From: Bacteriovoracaceae bacterium
GTDB taxonomy: Bacteria; Bdellovibrionota; Bacteriovoracia; Bacteriovoracales; Bacteriovoracaceae
Assembly (NCBI GenBank): GCA_018649885.1
Contig: JABIHA010000006.1
Coordinates: forward strand, 1 to 59,919
Reading direction: 5' to 3'
Length of the DNA: 59,919 nucleotides
This document shows, piece after piece, positions 49,036-59,113 of the stretch; position 1 is the first letter of the stretch; the number at the start of each line of letters is the position of its first letter. The position numbers were made by a program, and so were the translations under genes. Under the pieces are notes generated by a model. It saw only the letters and a list, made by a program, of their open reading frames with translations. It made no database searches and was not told the DNA's origin.

Positions 49036-49243
49036 GCACTAAACTTTTTAACACTTTTTTTGAGTACAAGGTGCTGAAGACTTTCACACACACGGACTTC
49101 TACACCTTTTTCGAATGGGCATCTGTCCGCACAACTGTGCTTCGAATGAGGCCTAAGTGCATTCCCATTAACGGTTAACTAAAGCCGAGGGTCGGGTAAT
49201 CCCTAAGTTTTAGTAAAATATATTTAAATGAGAGGAGACTACC

Positions 49244-49492
49244 ATGAGAAAAAACCAAAGAAGTTTATTAGCTTTTGTCCCAGTAGGAGATCCACTAGGT
49301 GATTCTATTTGGCAAAGATTTATAGTCCAGACCATGGACTTCATCAAAAGAAATTTCAACACACCAACCTGGAGGACAGCACAAAAAAACGTGGCGGTGG
49401 ATTCATGGTCTGACTTATTCCCAACACCAAAAACTAGAACAAGAAACCGACTCATTGATTACCTAGACCCAGTCGTTCTGAGTAAAAGGTAA
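49244..49492 (+). CDS. Small hypothetical protein downstream of lexA
   Basis: Strong GAGGAG RBS; 82 aa; followed directly by a hairpin. Confidence 0.6.
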   Translation: MRKNQRSLLAFVPVGDPLGDSIWQRFIVQTMDFIKRNFNTPTWRTAQKNVAVDSWSDLFPTPKTRTRNRLIDYLDPVVLSKR

Positions 49493-49546
49493 GAGAAGGC
49501 CATAACGGCGAGAAGGTCATGGGTTTTGCTCTTGGCCTTCTCTTTT
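49491..49546 (+). terminator. Hairpin/terminator after the small ORF
   Basis: AAGAGAAGGCCA...TGGCCTTCTCTT followed by TT. Confidence 0.5.
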
Positions 49547-49819
49547 ATCCTGATAGAGGCTTCGTCCCCGCAATGTGCGTTGCTGGCATTGTGAGAGCGA
49601 GCTTGTCATTAGGATTTGAAATAATTGATCACACACTTCCCTAAACCCATGGATGGGAAAACAAAAAAGAAGATGCGCAGAGCTTTCTCTGAGCGCCTAA
49701 CAAGGAGGTTAGTTCTTTTTCGTCCATCGGCATCCCTACCCACCACCCGCTGCTAGAAGGTTGAGTATCCCATGTATCTCGACCTTCAGCACACTTCTTT
49801 TATTTCCTTTTCCTTTGAC

Positions 49820-50021
49820 TTGGCCTTGGCAGTTGGTCTTGCCCTCCCAAGAAAAACTCTCTATTTGGCGATGAACTTAGATGAATTAAAAAACTAATTG
49901 AACTTTCCGAGACATACTTTAAACCTTGGTTTGATTTTTATTTTTATTTTTAAAATTATTTTGTTTTAATAGGTAAAGAGAAAAAACTTCTTGGGAGGGC
50001 AAGACCAACTGCCAAGGCCAA
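49820..50021. repeat. Perfect 34-bp inverted repeat enclosing an AT-rich spacer (MITE-like)
   Basis: TTGGCCTTGGCAGTTGGTCTTGCCCTCCCAAGAA at 49820-49853; exact reverse complement at 49988-50021. Confidence 0.9.
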
Positions 50022-50054
50022 CATAAAGAAAAAGAACAAGAAAACTTTAGGCCT

Positions 50055-50858
50055 TTACCCATCCTCCTTAATTTGAAAAAGATGATGCCCCATGGGAATA
50101 CTAATTTTAAGACTATCTGAATACTCTTGCCCTAAGGCCCTAAATACATCCTGACAACTCTGCCAATTAGCTTCACCCTTATCACCTCTTAATCTTTTAC
50201 TCACAAGGGCCTCAGCCTTTTTCTGAAGACCTACAATTGGTGCAATCCATTTTCTGCTTATAGTACCTGAACGTGCCATAGTTTCTAGGATCGTTAAACC
50301 TGTCATTTGCTGAATAAGAGTTGGAACTTTAACAGCGTATTGAGAGAGATATTCCAGCGTCAGCTCTTTTGCCAATTGATGTGTACTATCACTCCAGTGA
50401 GCATTGTCCTTTTTATTATTCATGGCCTTAAAAAAGTGATAATTATCAAAAACTTTATCACAACTCTGCCGCTCTTTTTCCAAGTGATAAAAGCGCTCCA
50501 GCACATCATCAGTGCAACCGCCAATGAGAGTATCGTACATGGACTGCTCATCAATTCCACTGAGCTTTGAAACGTCAAACTCTTCCATATAATACAATGC
50601 CATTTGTTCATCTGGCTCGAACTTCACCAGATCCTCTAGCTCTGGGGCCTCCAATACGGCCTTTGTTACTATATCCTCATTTTGCTCCAAACAATCTGTC
50701 ACACTTTGTTCAATCTCTTGATGACTCCTAAAATACTTTTCATTTAATTTATCCACCTCTGCACTTGCAAAGGTGTTAGTTGCAATAAAAAAAATGGCCA
50801 TCTGTACAATCATAGTTTCCTCCTTCAACAACAAGATAGCACTGAGATTTGAGACCAT
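50055..50858 (-). CDS. Hypothetical exported protein (start probably ATG 50813)
   Basis: AGGAGG RBS, then signal-like MIVQMAIFFIATNTFASA. Confidence 0.7.
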   Translation of the reverse strand: MVSNLSAILLLKEETMIVQMAIFFIATNTFASAEVDKLNEKYFRSHQEIEQSVTDCLEQNEDIVTKAVLEAPELEDLVKFEPDEQMALYYMEEFDVSKLSGIDEQSMYDTLIGGCTDDVLERFYHLEKERQSCDKVFDNYHFFKAMNNKKDNAHWSDSTHQLAKELTLEYLSQYAVKVPTLIQQMTGLTILETMARSGTISRKWIAPIVGLQKKAEALVSKRLRGDKGEANWQSCQDVFRALGQEYSDSLKISIPMGHHLFQIKEDG

Positions 50859-51149
50859 GTCAGGGGATTGTTAATTAAATGAAAGCTTATATATAAAAAA
50901 ATAGCGCCGAACTACTTTTAAGACTTGGCGGGGAGACGTTATCTCAAAAGCTGTCCGACACAAAATGGAGTATCATTAACTCCTCTTTCACATTAGTAAT
51001 TTGCAAAGGCCCTGCCAGGTCACACATTTGTAATCAAAACCCAAAGGCTTCTAAGTCTTCAGAAGTAGACCTGTAATTTTAAGGGGTTACCGGTCACTGA
51101 AATGTAACCAGCCGATTCTTTTACAATTGCTCAAAAAAGAAACGTCCAA

Positions 51150-51226
51150 CTGCAAGTGTTGTTCACGGCGCTAGGAAGTTTGGTGTTTTTATGAAGTGAG
51201 GAGAGCGCCGTGAATACCACTTGCAG
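51150..51226. repeat. 23-bp imperfect inverted repeat with a 31-nt loop
   Basis: CTGCAAGTGTTGTTCACGGCGCT / AGCGCCGTGAATACCACTTGCAG, two non-Watson-Crick positions. Confidence 0.8.
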
Positions 51227-51337
51227 CAAAGCTACCTAACCAATTCTTGGCCAAAGAAGTTAGACTGAAGCTCAACACCTTGCAACCAAATAGGATTTAA
51301 GGGGCCAAAGGAAAAAACGGCATTGCCAACACTAGAT

Positions 51338-52183
51338 TTACCAATGGATCCCAAAAGTTGTCCCAATAGATAACATGTCGTGAATTTCGACTTGCTTGAG
51401 TTTAGCAATTGAGTAGCCGGCCTCAACTTTTCCCATAAGCTTAACTCTTGATTCCCAAGCTGTGTTCCACTTGATCCCCACATTGGTGCCGTAAACGTCA
51501 CCCCAAGTGCTAAGATCATACTGGGCACCGCTGCCTGTGCTCAAGTGAGAGTCCACATCGTAGTGACTATAATAGGTACTTGAATAAATGATAAAATGCT
51601 CATTAGAACGGTGGCCTACAAGAAAAGCGAAATTGCTTTGTTCTAGCTCAATAGTCGCCTTCATTGATTCAAAATCTAAGCTCGACTCCTGAGACTGAAA
51701 CTCATCCCCTGTCTCTTCCTCACTTCCCATTCCATATGCTGCCAGAACTGCTATTTTTAAACCCTCTTCAGGCTCGTGTTCAGGAGTACCATAAAATTGA
51801 AATTTGGCACCCAACATACTAGTGGATTCAGCATGACTTTTAAAAAAGATATCAATTCTTTTCCAAACACTAAGTCCCGCGCCAACCCCCACTTGAGTGG
51901 AAGACTGCACCTCAACATTACTTTCAACAGTGGGACCTGCGTGAAGAGCTCTAAAACCAAGAAGATAAGATTCATGGGCACGAGCAAGAGAAACCTTATG
52001 AGTTGTCTGCGCCGCTAGTTCTGCCTGGCCATTCCACAACTTTCCCCTGGTTTCTGGAGTTTCAAATTGCACGGTGGTCATGTGATAATCCACATTGAGG
52101 TTTGAGCATGAGCTCAAAAGAGCTAACACCACTAAGATGATAAACTGCTGCAACCTAACAAGCATGGCGATCCTCGAGTTCAT
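51338..52183 (-). CDS. Hypothetical lipoprotein / outer-membrane beta-barrel-like protein
   Basis: Lipobox LSSC; amphipathic beta strands; C-terminal aromatic residue (FGIHW). Confidence 0.7.
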   Translation of the reverse strand: MNSRIAMLVRLQQFIILVVLALLSSCSNLNVDYHMTTVQFETPETRGKLWNGQAELAAQTTHKVSLARAHESYLLGFRALHAGPTVESNVEVQSSTQVGVGAGLSVWKRIDIFFKSHAESTSMLGAKFQFYGTPEHEPEEGLKIAVLAAYGMGSEEETGDEFQSQESSLDFESMKATIELEQSNFAFLVGHRSNEHFIIYSSTYYSHYDVDSHLSTGSGAQYDLSTWGDVYGTNVGIKWNTAWESRVKLMGKVEAGYSIAKLKQVEIHDMLSIGTTFGIHW

Positions 52184-52274
52184 AAAAGTTTAATTGGGAT
52201 TTATTTTAACTGAGAAAATCTAGAAATCCGAGTCAAAACCGACAGTGCTCGAGGCTTCCACTCTACTACTTAGG

Positions 52275-52859
52275 TTATGCAACTTCTTTTGATTGTGAGA
52301 AATATTTGGGAAAGGTTGATTGAAAGCAATCAAAGAGTCCATCCCATGGGTGGTTTTTCACCATATCAACTATGATTTCCTGATACTCAAGGAGCTGTTC
52401 GGTACCTGAATAGTCCATCATGAAAAATAGCATCGAAGGTGTCACAAGTAATTTGTCATAAAGAAATACTGCAAAGATTTTTTCTAAAACAAAGGGAAGC
52501 TCACTATCAAATTGATCCAAGTACTGATTTTCCACCAGCCAGCTTTTGGCCTTTTGATATTCGCTATCGACTTTGGGGTTGAAGCTATCTTGATATTTTT
52601 TTATTACTGTATAAAAACAGGCCTGAAGATTTTTTTGATGTTTAGCACAGATATCTTTTAGAAGAGAAGTCAAAAAAATACTGGATTTTGCATGATGGTA
52701 ACTTTCAGTAAAAACAATTTCAAGAGCGCCCAATGCGTCGGCAGACTTCCCCTGCTCTATCAGCTTGAGTATTTCTCTCCCAATGTCTACTTCGTCACGA
52801 ACATTAAACATGGTTTTCCTAAGCGGCTTTATCAGCCTTTTCTGCTTCACAAGATACAT
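52275..52859 (-). CDS. Hypothetical protein, coupled to the upstream kinase-like gene
   Basis: 194-aa ORF; probable start ATG ~52811 just after the kinase-like gene stop. Confidence 0.65.
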   Translation of the reverse strand: MYLVKQKRLIKPLRKTMFNVRDEVDIGREILKLIEQGKSADALGALEIVFTESYHHAKSSIFLTSLLKDICAKHQKNLQACFYTVIKKYQDSFNPKVDSEYQKAKSWLVENQYLDQFDSELPFVLEKIFAVFLYDKLLVTPSMLFFMMDYSGTEQLLEYQEIIVDMVKNHPWDGLFDCFQSTFPKYFSQSKEVA

Positions 52860-53778
52860 CTATCTCTTCTAAAAAATTTCCTGTCTCAATTTCTTTCCAT
52901 CCTCGACAATGAAAATCACAAAACTCTTCAACAGCTTTTAAAAAAGATTCCACACTATCAAAGCGGTCCTCTTTTTCAAACTCGAGTGCTTTTAGGACAA
53001 CCTCATCTAATTTTTTGACAAGATTGGTCCTTACTTCCGAAGGAGCAATAGAATTCTTTTCGAGAACACCAAGACCAGAACTCGTAATATTCCAAGGAAC
53101 TAAAACTAACATTTCATATAAAATTGCTCCGAGTGTATAAACATCTGATCTTGGATCAAAGGTTTTCGAACCTCTCACAATCTCTGGTGCCTGATATCTA
53201 ATGGCCGCATAGGCCATTTCTGGGCCTTCAAGCTTAGTACTCCCAATTGTTGACCAATAATCAACTGACCACTTATCGTGCTTATTGCAAAATATATTCT
53301 CAGGCGAGAATCCCCCAGTCATAAGGCCTTGACTTGAAATCTTTTTTATATTTTCGCCAATTTCTAAAAATATTTTCAAAGTCAGATCCATCGAAAAAAT
53401 ATTCCCACTGTACCTGAGTTTATCGAGAGTTTCTTTTAGTGAAATCCCTTCGAATGTTTCAAAGATAAGAAAAGCTCCCCCACGAAAAAACCCCTGATCA
53501 ATCAGCTTAAAATCACATAGAGATTTATTCTTCTCAATATAATTTAGTGACCTGTAAACCAAATCAACGGGTAAAAACTTAATCAGAATGTCTCTTTGAT
53601 TTTCATGATCATAACCTTCGTAGAACTCTCCACTTGAAAACAAGGGAGCCCCAACATGGTAGTGACCAACCCTTGAAGGAATAGGTAGATACTTTCTACT
53701 ATCATCCGCACCCGATTCTAAAAATATCCAGAAGAGGCGAAAAGATAGATACATGAATGCAATTACAATAATTTCCAT
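52819..53778 (-). CDS. Membrane-anchored Hanks-type Ser/Thr kinase-like protein (probable pseudokinase)
   Basis: ILIK, SPENI, YQAPE, SDVYTLG, KAL....EDR retained; HRD and DFG absent. Confidence 0.8.
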   Translation of the reverse strand: MEIIVIAFMYLSFRLFWIFLESGADDSRKYLPIPSRVGHYHVGAPLFSSGEFYEGYDHENQRDILIKFLPVDLVYRSLNYIEKNKSLCDFKLIDQGFFRGGAFLIFETFEGISLKETLDKLRYSGNIFSMDLTLKIFLEIGENIKKISSQGLMTGGFSPENIFCNKHDKWSVDYWSTIGSTKLEGPEMAYAAIRYQAPEIVRGSKTFDPRSDVYTLGAILYEMLVLVPWNITSSGLGVLEKNSIAPSEVRTNLVKKLDEVVLKALEFEKEDRFDSVESFLKAVEEFCDFHCRGWKEIETGNFLEEIDVSCEAEKADKAA

Positions 53779-53860
53779 AAATTCTCACAGTTTCAGCTGG
53801 GAATCTACTCGGAGATTATCCATAATTACTTAAGTAAACAGGTCGGTTTTTAAATAGGTT

Positions 53861-54619
53861 TTATTTGGATTTGGCCACCACTCGCAACTTGGCCTTTAAT
53901 TTCAAAGCAAGAGGAGCAAAGGAGATATTAAAGCCTGGACCTTTTCCCCTACCACCGCTCTGGTCTGCCATGGCCATTTCTGCTCCAAATACTGGAGGTC
54001 CCCGGCGATCAGGCTCTAAGAATTCAGAAATTAGTGTATATTTATCAAAAGTTTTACCGGCGGCCCTCAAAATAGAATCTATTTTGACCCTGGCATTTTT
54101 TAAGGCCTGAGAAAAAAGAGTATTGAGAACCTGCTGTCTTTTCTTATATGAGAGTTTGTGCTCTAGCTGGCTCATTCTCACACCTTCAATTTCTATCACC
54201 TCAGATAATATTTTTCCAAGGCGTTCTAAGTCAGCTATTTCAAAATAAAAAGATTGAGACAAAGCAAAGCCCAAATCAACAGACTTCCTATTCCTCCACT
54301 CCTTCCAAGGATTGATAGAAAAGTGAGAGGTTTTTATTTGATCATTTTTAATCCCATTTTTATCTAAAAGAGAATAAATGCGCTTTTTGGCCCTATCGTA
54401 GTCTTTTTTGATCATATCTTTGCTCTTTTTCTTAGTTTCATAAGAAAAATGCCCTACCCAAAGATTGGCAAGCTCAGAAGTTTCTGCCTCGCCCACCACT
54501 TCAATTCCCGAAGCCGTCTGTGCTAAAGCCTGTCCAGTGTACTCAATTAGCAAAAAGAAAGTTAAGAATCTCGTCGCCTTTAAAAAATTGAACATCTCAC
54601 TCTCCCTAATTACTTTCAC
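53861..54619 (-). CDS. SIMPL/DUF541 domain exported protein
   Basis: Signal peptide; IEVVGEAE, GIKNDQIKT..FSINP, ALKNAR.K. Confidence 0.75.
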   Translation of the reverse strand: MKVIRESEMFNFLKATRFLTFFLLIEYTGQALAQTASGIEVVGEAETSELANLWVGHFSYETKKKSKDMIKKDYDRAKKRIYSLLDKNGIKNDQIKTSHFSINPWKEWRNRKSVDLGFALSQSFYFEIADLERLGKILSEVIEIEGVRMSQLEHKLSYKKRQQVLNTLFSQALKNARVKIDSILRAAGKTFDKYTLISEFLEPDRRGPPVFGAEMAMADQSGGRGKGPGFNISFAPLALKLKAKLRVVAKSK

Positions 54620-56181
54620 TGCTCTCTAAGTTTGAATTTTTTGCCACACAACCAAACCAACCACAAGACCGGAATCCCTATAACCGTGGTGAATAGGAAG
54701 AATCCCTGGTATCCAATGGCATCCACAAAAGTTCCAGAGTAGCCCCCTAGAATTTTTGGAAAAAGTGTCATCAGTGAAGTGAAGATCGCATACTGAACAG
54801 CAGTGAAGGAAACATCAGTTAAGCTGGATAAAAAGGCCACAAAAGCAGCACTGGCCATTCCGGCAGCTAAGTTATCAGCAGAGATAACAAGATAGAGCAT
54901 GGGTAGACTGGGTCCCACTTTTGCTAGGATCATAAAAAGAATATTCGTGGCCGATGACAAAAGAGCTCCCCACCACAAAAGACGAATAACCCCAAAGCGC
55001 GTTGTCAGAAGTCCACCAAGGAAGCCTCCTAACAAGGCCGTTACAAATCCAAAGGTTTTAACAACGGCAGCGATTTGAATCTTAGTAAAACCAAGATCCT
55101 GATAAAAAACATTGGAAATCACTCCCAAAACGATATCTGAAACCCGGTACCAACCTATTAGTAGTAAAAGTAAGATTGCTAAGTTTTTGCCATAACGATC
55201 AAAAAAATTCTGGATGGGATCCAGATAGCCTTCTTTAACCATGTCCGTATTGACCAAACCAGACTTCCCTAGCCCTATAGCAAAAGCTGCAGCAATTGCT
55301 ATGGCCGCTCCAAAACGAAAGACTCCCACAATAAATCCAGCAAGGGCCTTGTTGCCTACAGATTCGCTCAAGGATTTTGTGAGATCACTTGCAAGCTCTG
55401 CGCTTAGAAAAAAGACAGTGGCAAAACAGCCCGCAATCAAAAGAAATAAAAAGAAAAAAAACGTATAATCCGTTGTGGAGTGAGACGTTTCACGAGCTCT
55501 TGTGACCTTTGGTTCTGGGCGAACTAATGTAGTGATCATCCCCACCACCATCAAAGCTGCCATAATCAGATAAGTCCATTTCCAGGCATCATAGGAATAA
55601 TTAGCTTTAGTAGATCCAAAATATTGGGCCAAAAAAAGTGCTCCGGCTCCAGAGACAAGCATCGCAATACGATATCCTGCGATATAGGTTGAGGAAAGAA
55701 TCGCCTGCATCTCACTGCCGGCTGACTCAATTCGATATGCATCGATGACAATATCTTGAGTAGCAGACGAAAAACCTAACATTACAGCTGCCAAGGCCAT
55801 ATACGTGACAGCATTCTCAGATGACTTTGGGTCAATCATCGCCATCCAAATAATGGCAATGGCCACAGATACTTGTGAAAATATAAGCCAGCTTCTTCTT
55901 CTCCCCAGTAAATTGGTTAATATGGGAAGCGGAAGCTTGTCTACTAAGGGGGCCCAAATAAATTTAAAAGAATAGCCAAGCGCAGCCCAACTAAAAAATG
56001 TCACGGCCGACCTCTCAATCCCCGCTTCCCGTAACCAAATAGAAAGGGATGAAAAGATCATAAGAATAGGAAGTCCAGCAGAGAAGCCCAGAAAAAGCAT
56101 AGTTATATTTCGAGAATCTGTAAAAACGTCAAAGCTTTCGCGCCAAGAGCGCGTTGAGTTTTCAGCAGTTAGGTTGGCCAT
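54616..56181 (-). CDS. ampG: AmpG-family muropeptide MFS transporter
   Basis: LGFSAGLP, KFIWAPLVD, GRRRSW, SATQDIVIDAYRIE, FTAVQYA. Confidence 0.93.
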   Translation of the reverse strand: MANLTAENSTRSWRESFDVFTDSRNITMLFLGFSAGLPILMIFSSLSIWLREAGIERSAVTFFSWAALGYSFKFIWAPLVDKLPLPILTNLLGRRRSWLIFSQVSVAIAIIWMAMIDPKSSENAVTYMALAAVMLGFSSATQDIVIDAYRIESAGSEMQAILSSTYIAGYRIAMLVSGAGALFLAQYFGSTKANYSYDAWKWTYLIMAALMVVGMITTLVRPEPKVTRARETSHSTTDYTFFFFLFLLIAGCFATVFFLSAELASDLTKSLSESVGNKALAGFIVGVFRFGAAIAIAAAFAIGLGKSGLVNTDMVKEGYLDPIQNFFDRYGKNLAILLLLLIGWYRVSDIVLGVISNVFYQDLGFTKIQIAAVVKTFGFVTALLGGFLGGLLTTRFGVIRLLWWGALLSSATNILFMILAKVGPSLPMLYLVISADNLAAGMASAAFVAFLSSLTDVSFTAVQYAIFTSLMTLFPKILGGYSGTFVDAIGYQGFFLFTTVIGIPVLWLVWLCGKKFKLREQ

Positions 56182-56563
56182 TAATCATCCTTTCTATCTA
56201 TATATGCATATTTGATGATCCTGGTTTTCCTATTAGTTGTAAATACTTAAGCAATTGATTGGAAGCTCTTGTACTGGTGGCTTCTGCCCCATTACCCAGT
56301 GAAGTGAGACCAATAGAATAGGATAGCAATTACAATTTCTGCGCTCTCACTACCTTTTCTTAGATCGAAATTAGCTTAACAATTGCCCCACAGGATGAAA
56401 TTATGGAATTACATTAAATCTAACACTGAGCGTGTTAGTCAGTTTTCTTGCCTTTTAGGGGCAAAATAGGATATTTTCCCAAACAATAAAGTTTTATTGA
56501 TATAATTTTTTTATTTCCGAATAGTTGCAAAATGTTTACAATATCCCCCTAAAAGGAAAATTA

Positions 56564-56788
56564 ATGGGAAAACACACCAATATCGTAGTCACACTTGATG
56601 CTAAATTTCCGGCAGAAAAGGCATTGAAAAAATTTAAGAGAAAGTGCGAAAGCTTTGGTGTTCTCAAAGAATACAAAAAAAGAAAAGAGTATCAAAAGCC
56701 ATCTCTAAGATTGAAAGAAAAACTTAAGCAAGCTGAAAAAAGAAGGCTTAAGACAATCAAAAAGAATCGCGGCAGCAACAGACTCTAG
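56564..56788 (+). CDS. rpsU: 30S ribosomal protein S21
   Basis: EKALKKFKRKCE..GVLKEYKKRKEYQKPS; AGGA RBS before ATG 56564; TGnTATAAT at 56498-56506. Confidence 0.88.
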   Translation: MGKHTNIVVTLDAKFPAEKALKKFKRKCESFGVLKEYKKRKEYQKPSLRLKEKLKQAEKRRLKTIKKNRGSNRL

Positions 56789-56865
56789 TCACCACCACCG
56801 TACATTAATCCAGTACATTTATCCCACAGGGGTATCCCTAGGTTTCGTGCAACTGTTTTGATATA

Positions 56866-58884
56866 GTGCAATTCACTCACATTTTTTTTGTTTTGGAGAC
56901 ACCCAATATGCAGTCCCTTTGGAATGATAAAAAGGCCCAGGATTTTCAAGATGATCAGCTCCAGTTAAGGGCCTACAGCTCAAGGCTACTGGGAGAAAAT
57001 GATCAGCTGATTCTCCACGGAGGAGGAAATACCTCTATCAAGGTTTCTGAATCAGATATCTATGGTGAACAAAGAGATGTGCTCTACATTAAGGGCTCAG
57101 GTCACGACTTAAAGACTATTGAAGTGGATGGGTTCACTCCCGTGGATCTCAAATATGTTAAAAAATTGGCAACCCTTGAAAAGCTCTCTGACAGCGAGAT
57201 GATTACTCAGATGAAGCTTTCCATGTTAAATCCCAACTCTCCCCTACCCTCTGTGGAAACTATTTTACACGCGCTGATTCCCTTTAAATTTGTCGATCAC
57301 ACCCACTCAGATGCCGTGGTAACCATAACCAATACTGAAGGTAGCGTAGAAAAGCTGCGTGAAATTTATGGTGATGATGTATTAGTTTTAGATTACACCA
57401 TGCCCGGATTTATTCTCTCAAAATATGTATATGAAAAAACCTTGGAGCTAGATTGGCAAAAAACCAAGGCGATTATTTTACTCCATCACGGCATTTTTAC
57501 TTTCCACGATGAGGCATCCGTTAGCTACCAGAATATGATCGATTTGGTCACCAAGGCCGAAGATTATATAAAAGAAAAAGGGTGCTTTGATGTTGATACC
57601 TCGTCTTCATTTAAAAGTGATCCCGCGCTATTAGATCTCGCAAAAATGCGTAAGATGGCAGCACTTAAGATGGGTGAGAGCTGTATTTTAAAATTTAAAG
57701 ATGATCCACTGAGCACAAGCTTTAGTGCTAAAGAAGATGTGGCCAGTATTGCCACAAAAGGACCAGTCACACCTGATCACGTGATCCAGACAAAGAGGAT
57801 TCCCGCAATTTTAGGAAAAAACTGGGAAGAAGATTTTGCAAATTATATCAAAGATTATCAGCAGTATTTTGAAAGAAACCAAAGTGCTGACCTTGTGTGT
57901 CTCGACCCCTCCCCTCGCTTTGCTATTTGGAAAAATACAGGGGTTGTTGTCATGGCCGAAAACCACCGAGCTGCGAAAGCGATTAGTAATATAGCCGATC
58001 ACACTATGAAATCCATTTGTTGGGGACAATCTCTTGGTGGATGGAACACTCTTGGGGAAAAAGAAATTTTTGACCTAGAATACTGGGAGCTAGAGCAAGC
58101 AAAATTAAAAAGAATCAAAAGCGTGGGACAGCTGCAGGGAAAAGTGGCAGTAGTGAGTGGTTCTGCCTCAGGGATTGGACTTTCTTGTACAAAGAAACTT
58201 TTAAATGAAGGGGCATGTGTAGTAGGCTTTGATATTGATCCAAAAATTAAAAGCTGTGTTGATTCACCAAACTACCTCGGAATTTGTGTTGATCTAACTG
58301 TCACTGAAGAAATTAAAAATGCCCTCGCCCAGTGTATTAAGAACTTTGGCGGCATTGATATACTTGTTAGCAATGCTGGAATTTTTCCAAAAAGTGCTCC
58401 CATAAAAGATCTAAGCGATGAGTTGTGGGAAAAATCTGTTTCAATAAATCTTAGCTCACACTTTAAACTCTTAAGAGAAACAATCCCCTATCTCGAACAC
58501 GGGATGAGTCCTTGTGTTGTGCTGATGGGATCAAAAAATGTTCCGGCTCCAGGCCCAGGAGCTGCTAGCTACTCTGCTGCCAAAGCCGCACTCACACAAC
58601 TTGCAAGAGTGGCTGCTCTAGAGTTGGGTGAAAAAGGAATAAGGGTTAATACCGTCCACCCAAATGCAGTTTACGACACGGCGATTTGGACTGACGAAGT
58701 TCTAAACGCTCGCGCCAAACACTACGGACTAACAGTTGAGGAGTACAAAAAAAATAATGTTTTAAAATCAGAAGTCACCTCTTCTGGTGTGGCCAATTTA
58801 GTTTTTCAACTGACAACTGATAATTTCTCCAACACCACTGGGGCCCAAATCCCCATCGATGGTGGAAATGATAGGGTTATATAA
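56866..58884 (+). CDS. Bifunctional class II aldolase / short-chain dehydrogenase (RhaD/YuxG-like); start probably ATG 56908
   Basis: HGGGNTS, KGSG, PSVETILH, DHTH, EYWELEQAKL; SGSASGIG, SNAG, YSAAK, DGGN. Confidence 0.93.
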   Translation: MQFTHIFFVLETPNMQSLWNDKKAQDFQDDQLQLRAYSSRLLGENDQLILHGGGNTSIKVSESDIYGEQRDVLYIKGSGHDLKTIEVDGFTPVDLKYVKKLATLEKLSDSEMITQMKLSMLNPNSPLPSVETILHALIPFKFVDHTHSDAVVTITNTEGSVEKLREIYGDDVLVLDYTMPGFILSKYVYEKTLELDWQKTKAIILLHHGIFTFHDEASVSYQNMIDLVTKAEDYIKEKGCFDVDTSSSFKSDPALLDLAKMRKMAALKMGESCILKFKDDPLSTSFSAKEDVASIATKGPVTPDHVIQTKRIPAILGKNWEEDFANYIKDYQQYFERNQSADLVCLDPSPRFAIWKNTGVVVMAENHRAAKAISNIADHTMKSICWGQSLGGWNTLGEKEIFDLEYWELEQAKLKRIKSVGQLQGKVAVVSGSASGIGLSCTKKLLNEGACVVGFDIDPKIKSCVDSPNYLGICVDLTVTEEIKNALAQCIKNFGGIDILVSNAGIFPKSAPIKDLSDELWEKSVSINLSSHFKLLRETIPYLEHGMSPCVVLMGSKNVPAPGPGAASYSAAKAALTQLARVAALELGEKGIRVNTVHPNAVYDTAIWTDEVLNARAKHYGLTVEEYKKNNVLKSEVTSSGVANLVFQLTTDNFSNTTGAQIPIDGGNDRVI

Positions 58885-59113
58885 AATTTATTTAACCCTA
58901 GTGATTTTCCTACTAGATTTTATTGAATGCCAAAACTTATTGACATAAATTAGCTTTTGCAAAATTTCTTAAGAATTGTTTAATCCCTAATTTCAGTAGT
59001 TTAAAACCCAAACTATTTTATAACTTCCCCAAAGCTATAGCGTACTAAAATACTTAGTACGCGCGAATAAAATTTGTTGGGTAGAACGTTAACGGAAACA
59101 TAGGACTAACAAA

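Noticed and set aside
51001..51120. c-di-GMP-I riboswitch (GGGGTTACCG resembles its 3' end)
   Set aside because: The GGCAAAC...GAAA...GACGCAAAG core is absent on both strands.
337..58029. Numerous 60-170 aa ORFs antisense or out of frame within long genes (e.g. 337..552, 4996..5421, 15499..15900, 20288..20788, 24843..25313)
   Set aside because: They overlap well-supported genes and lack RBSs or recognisable motifs.
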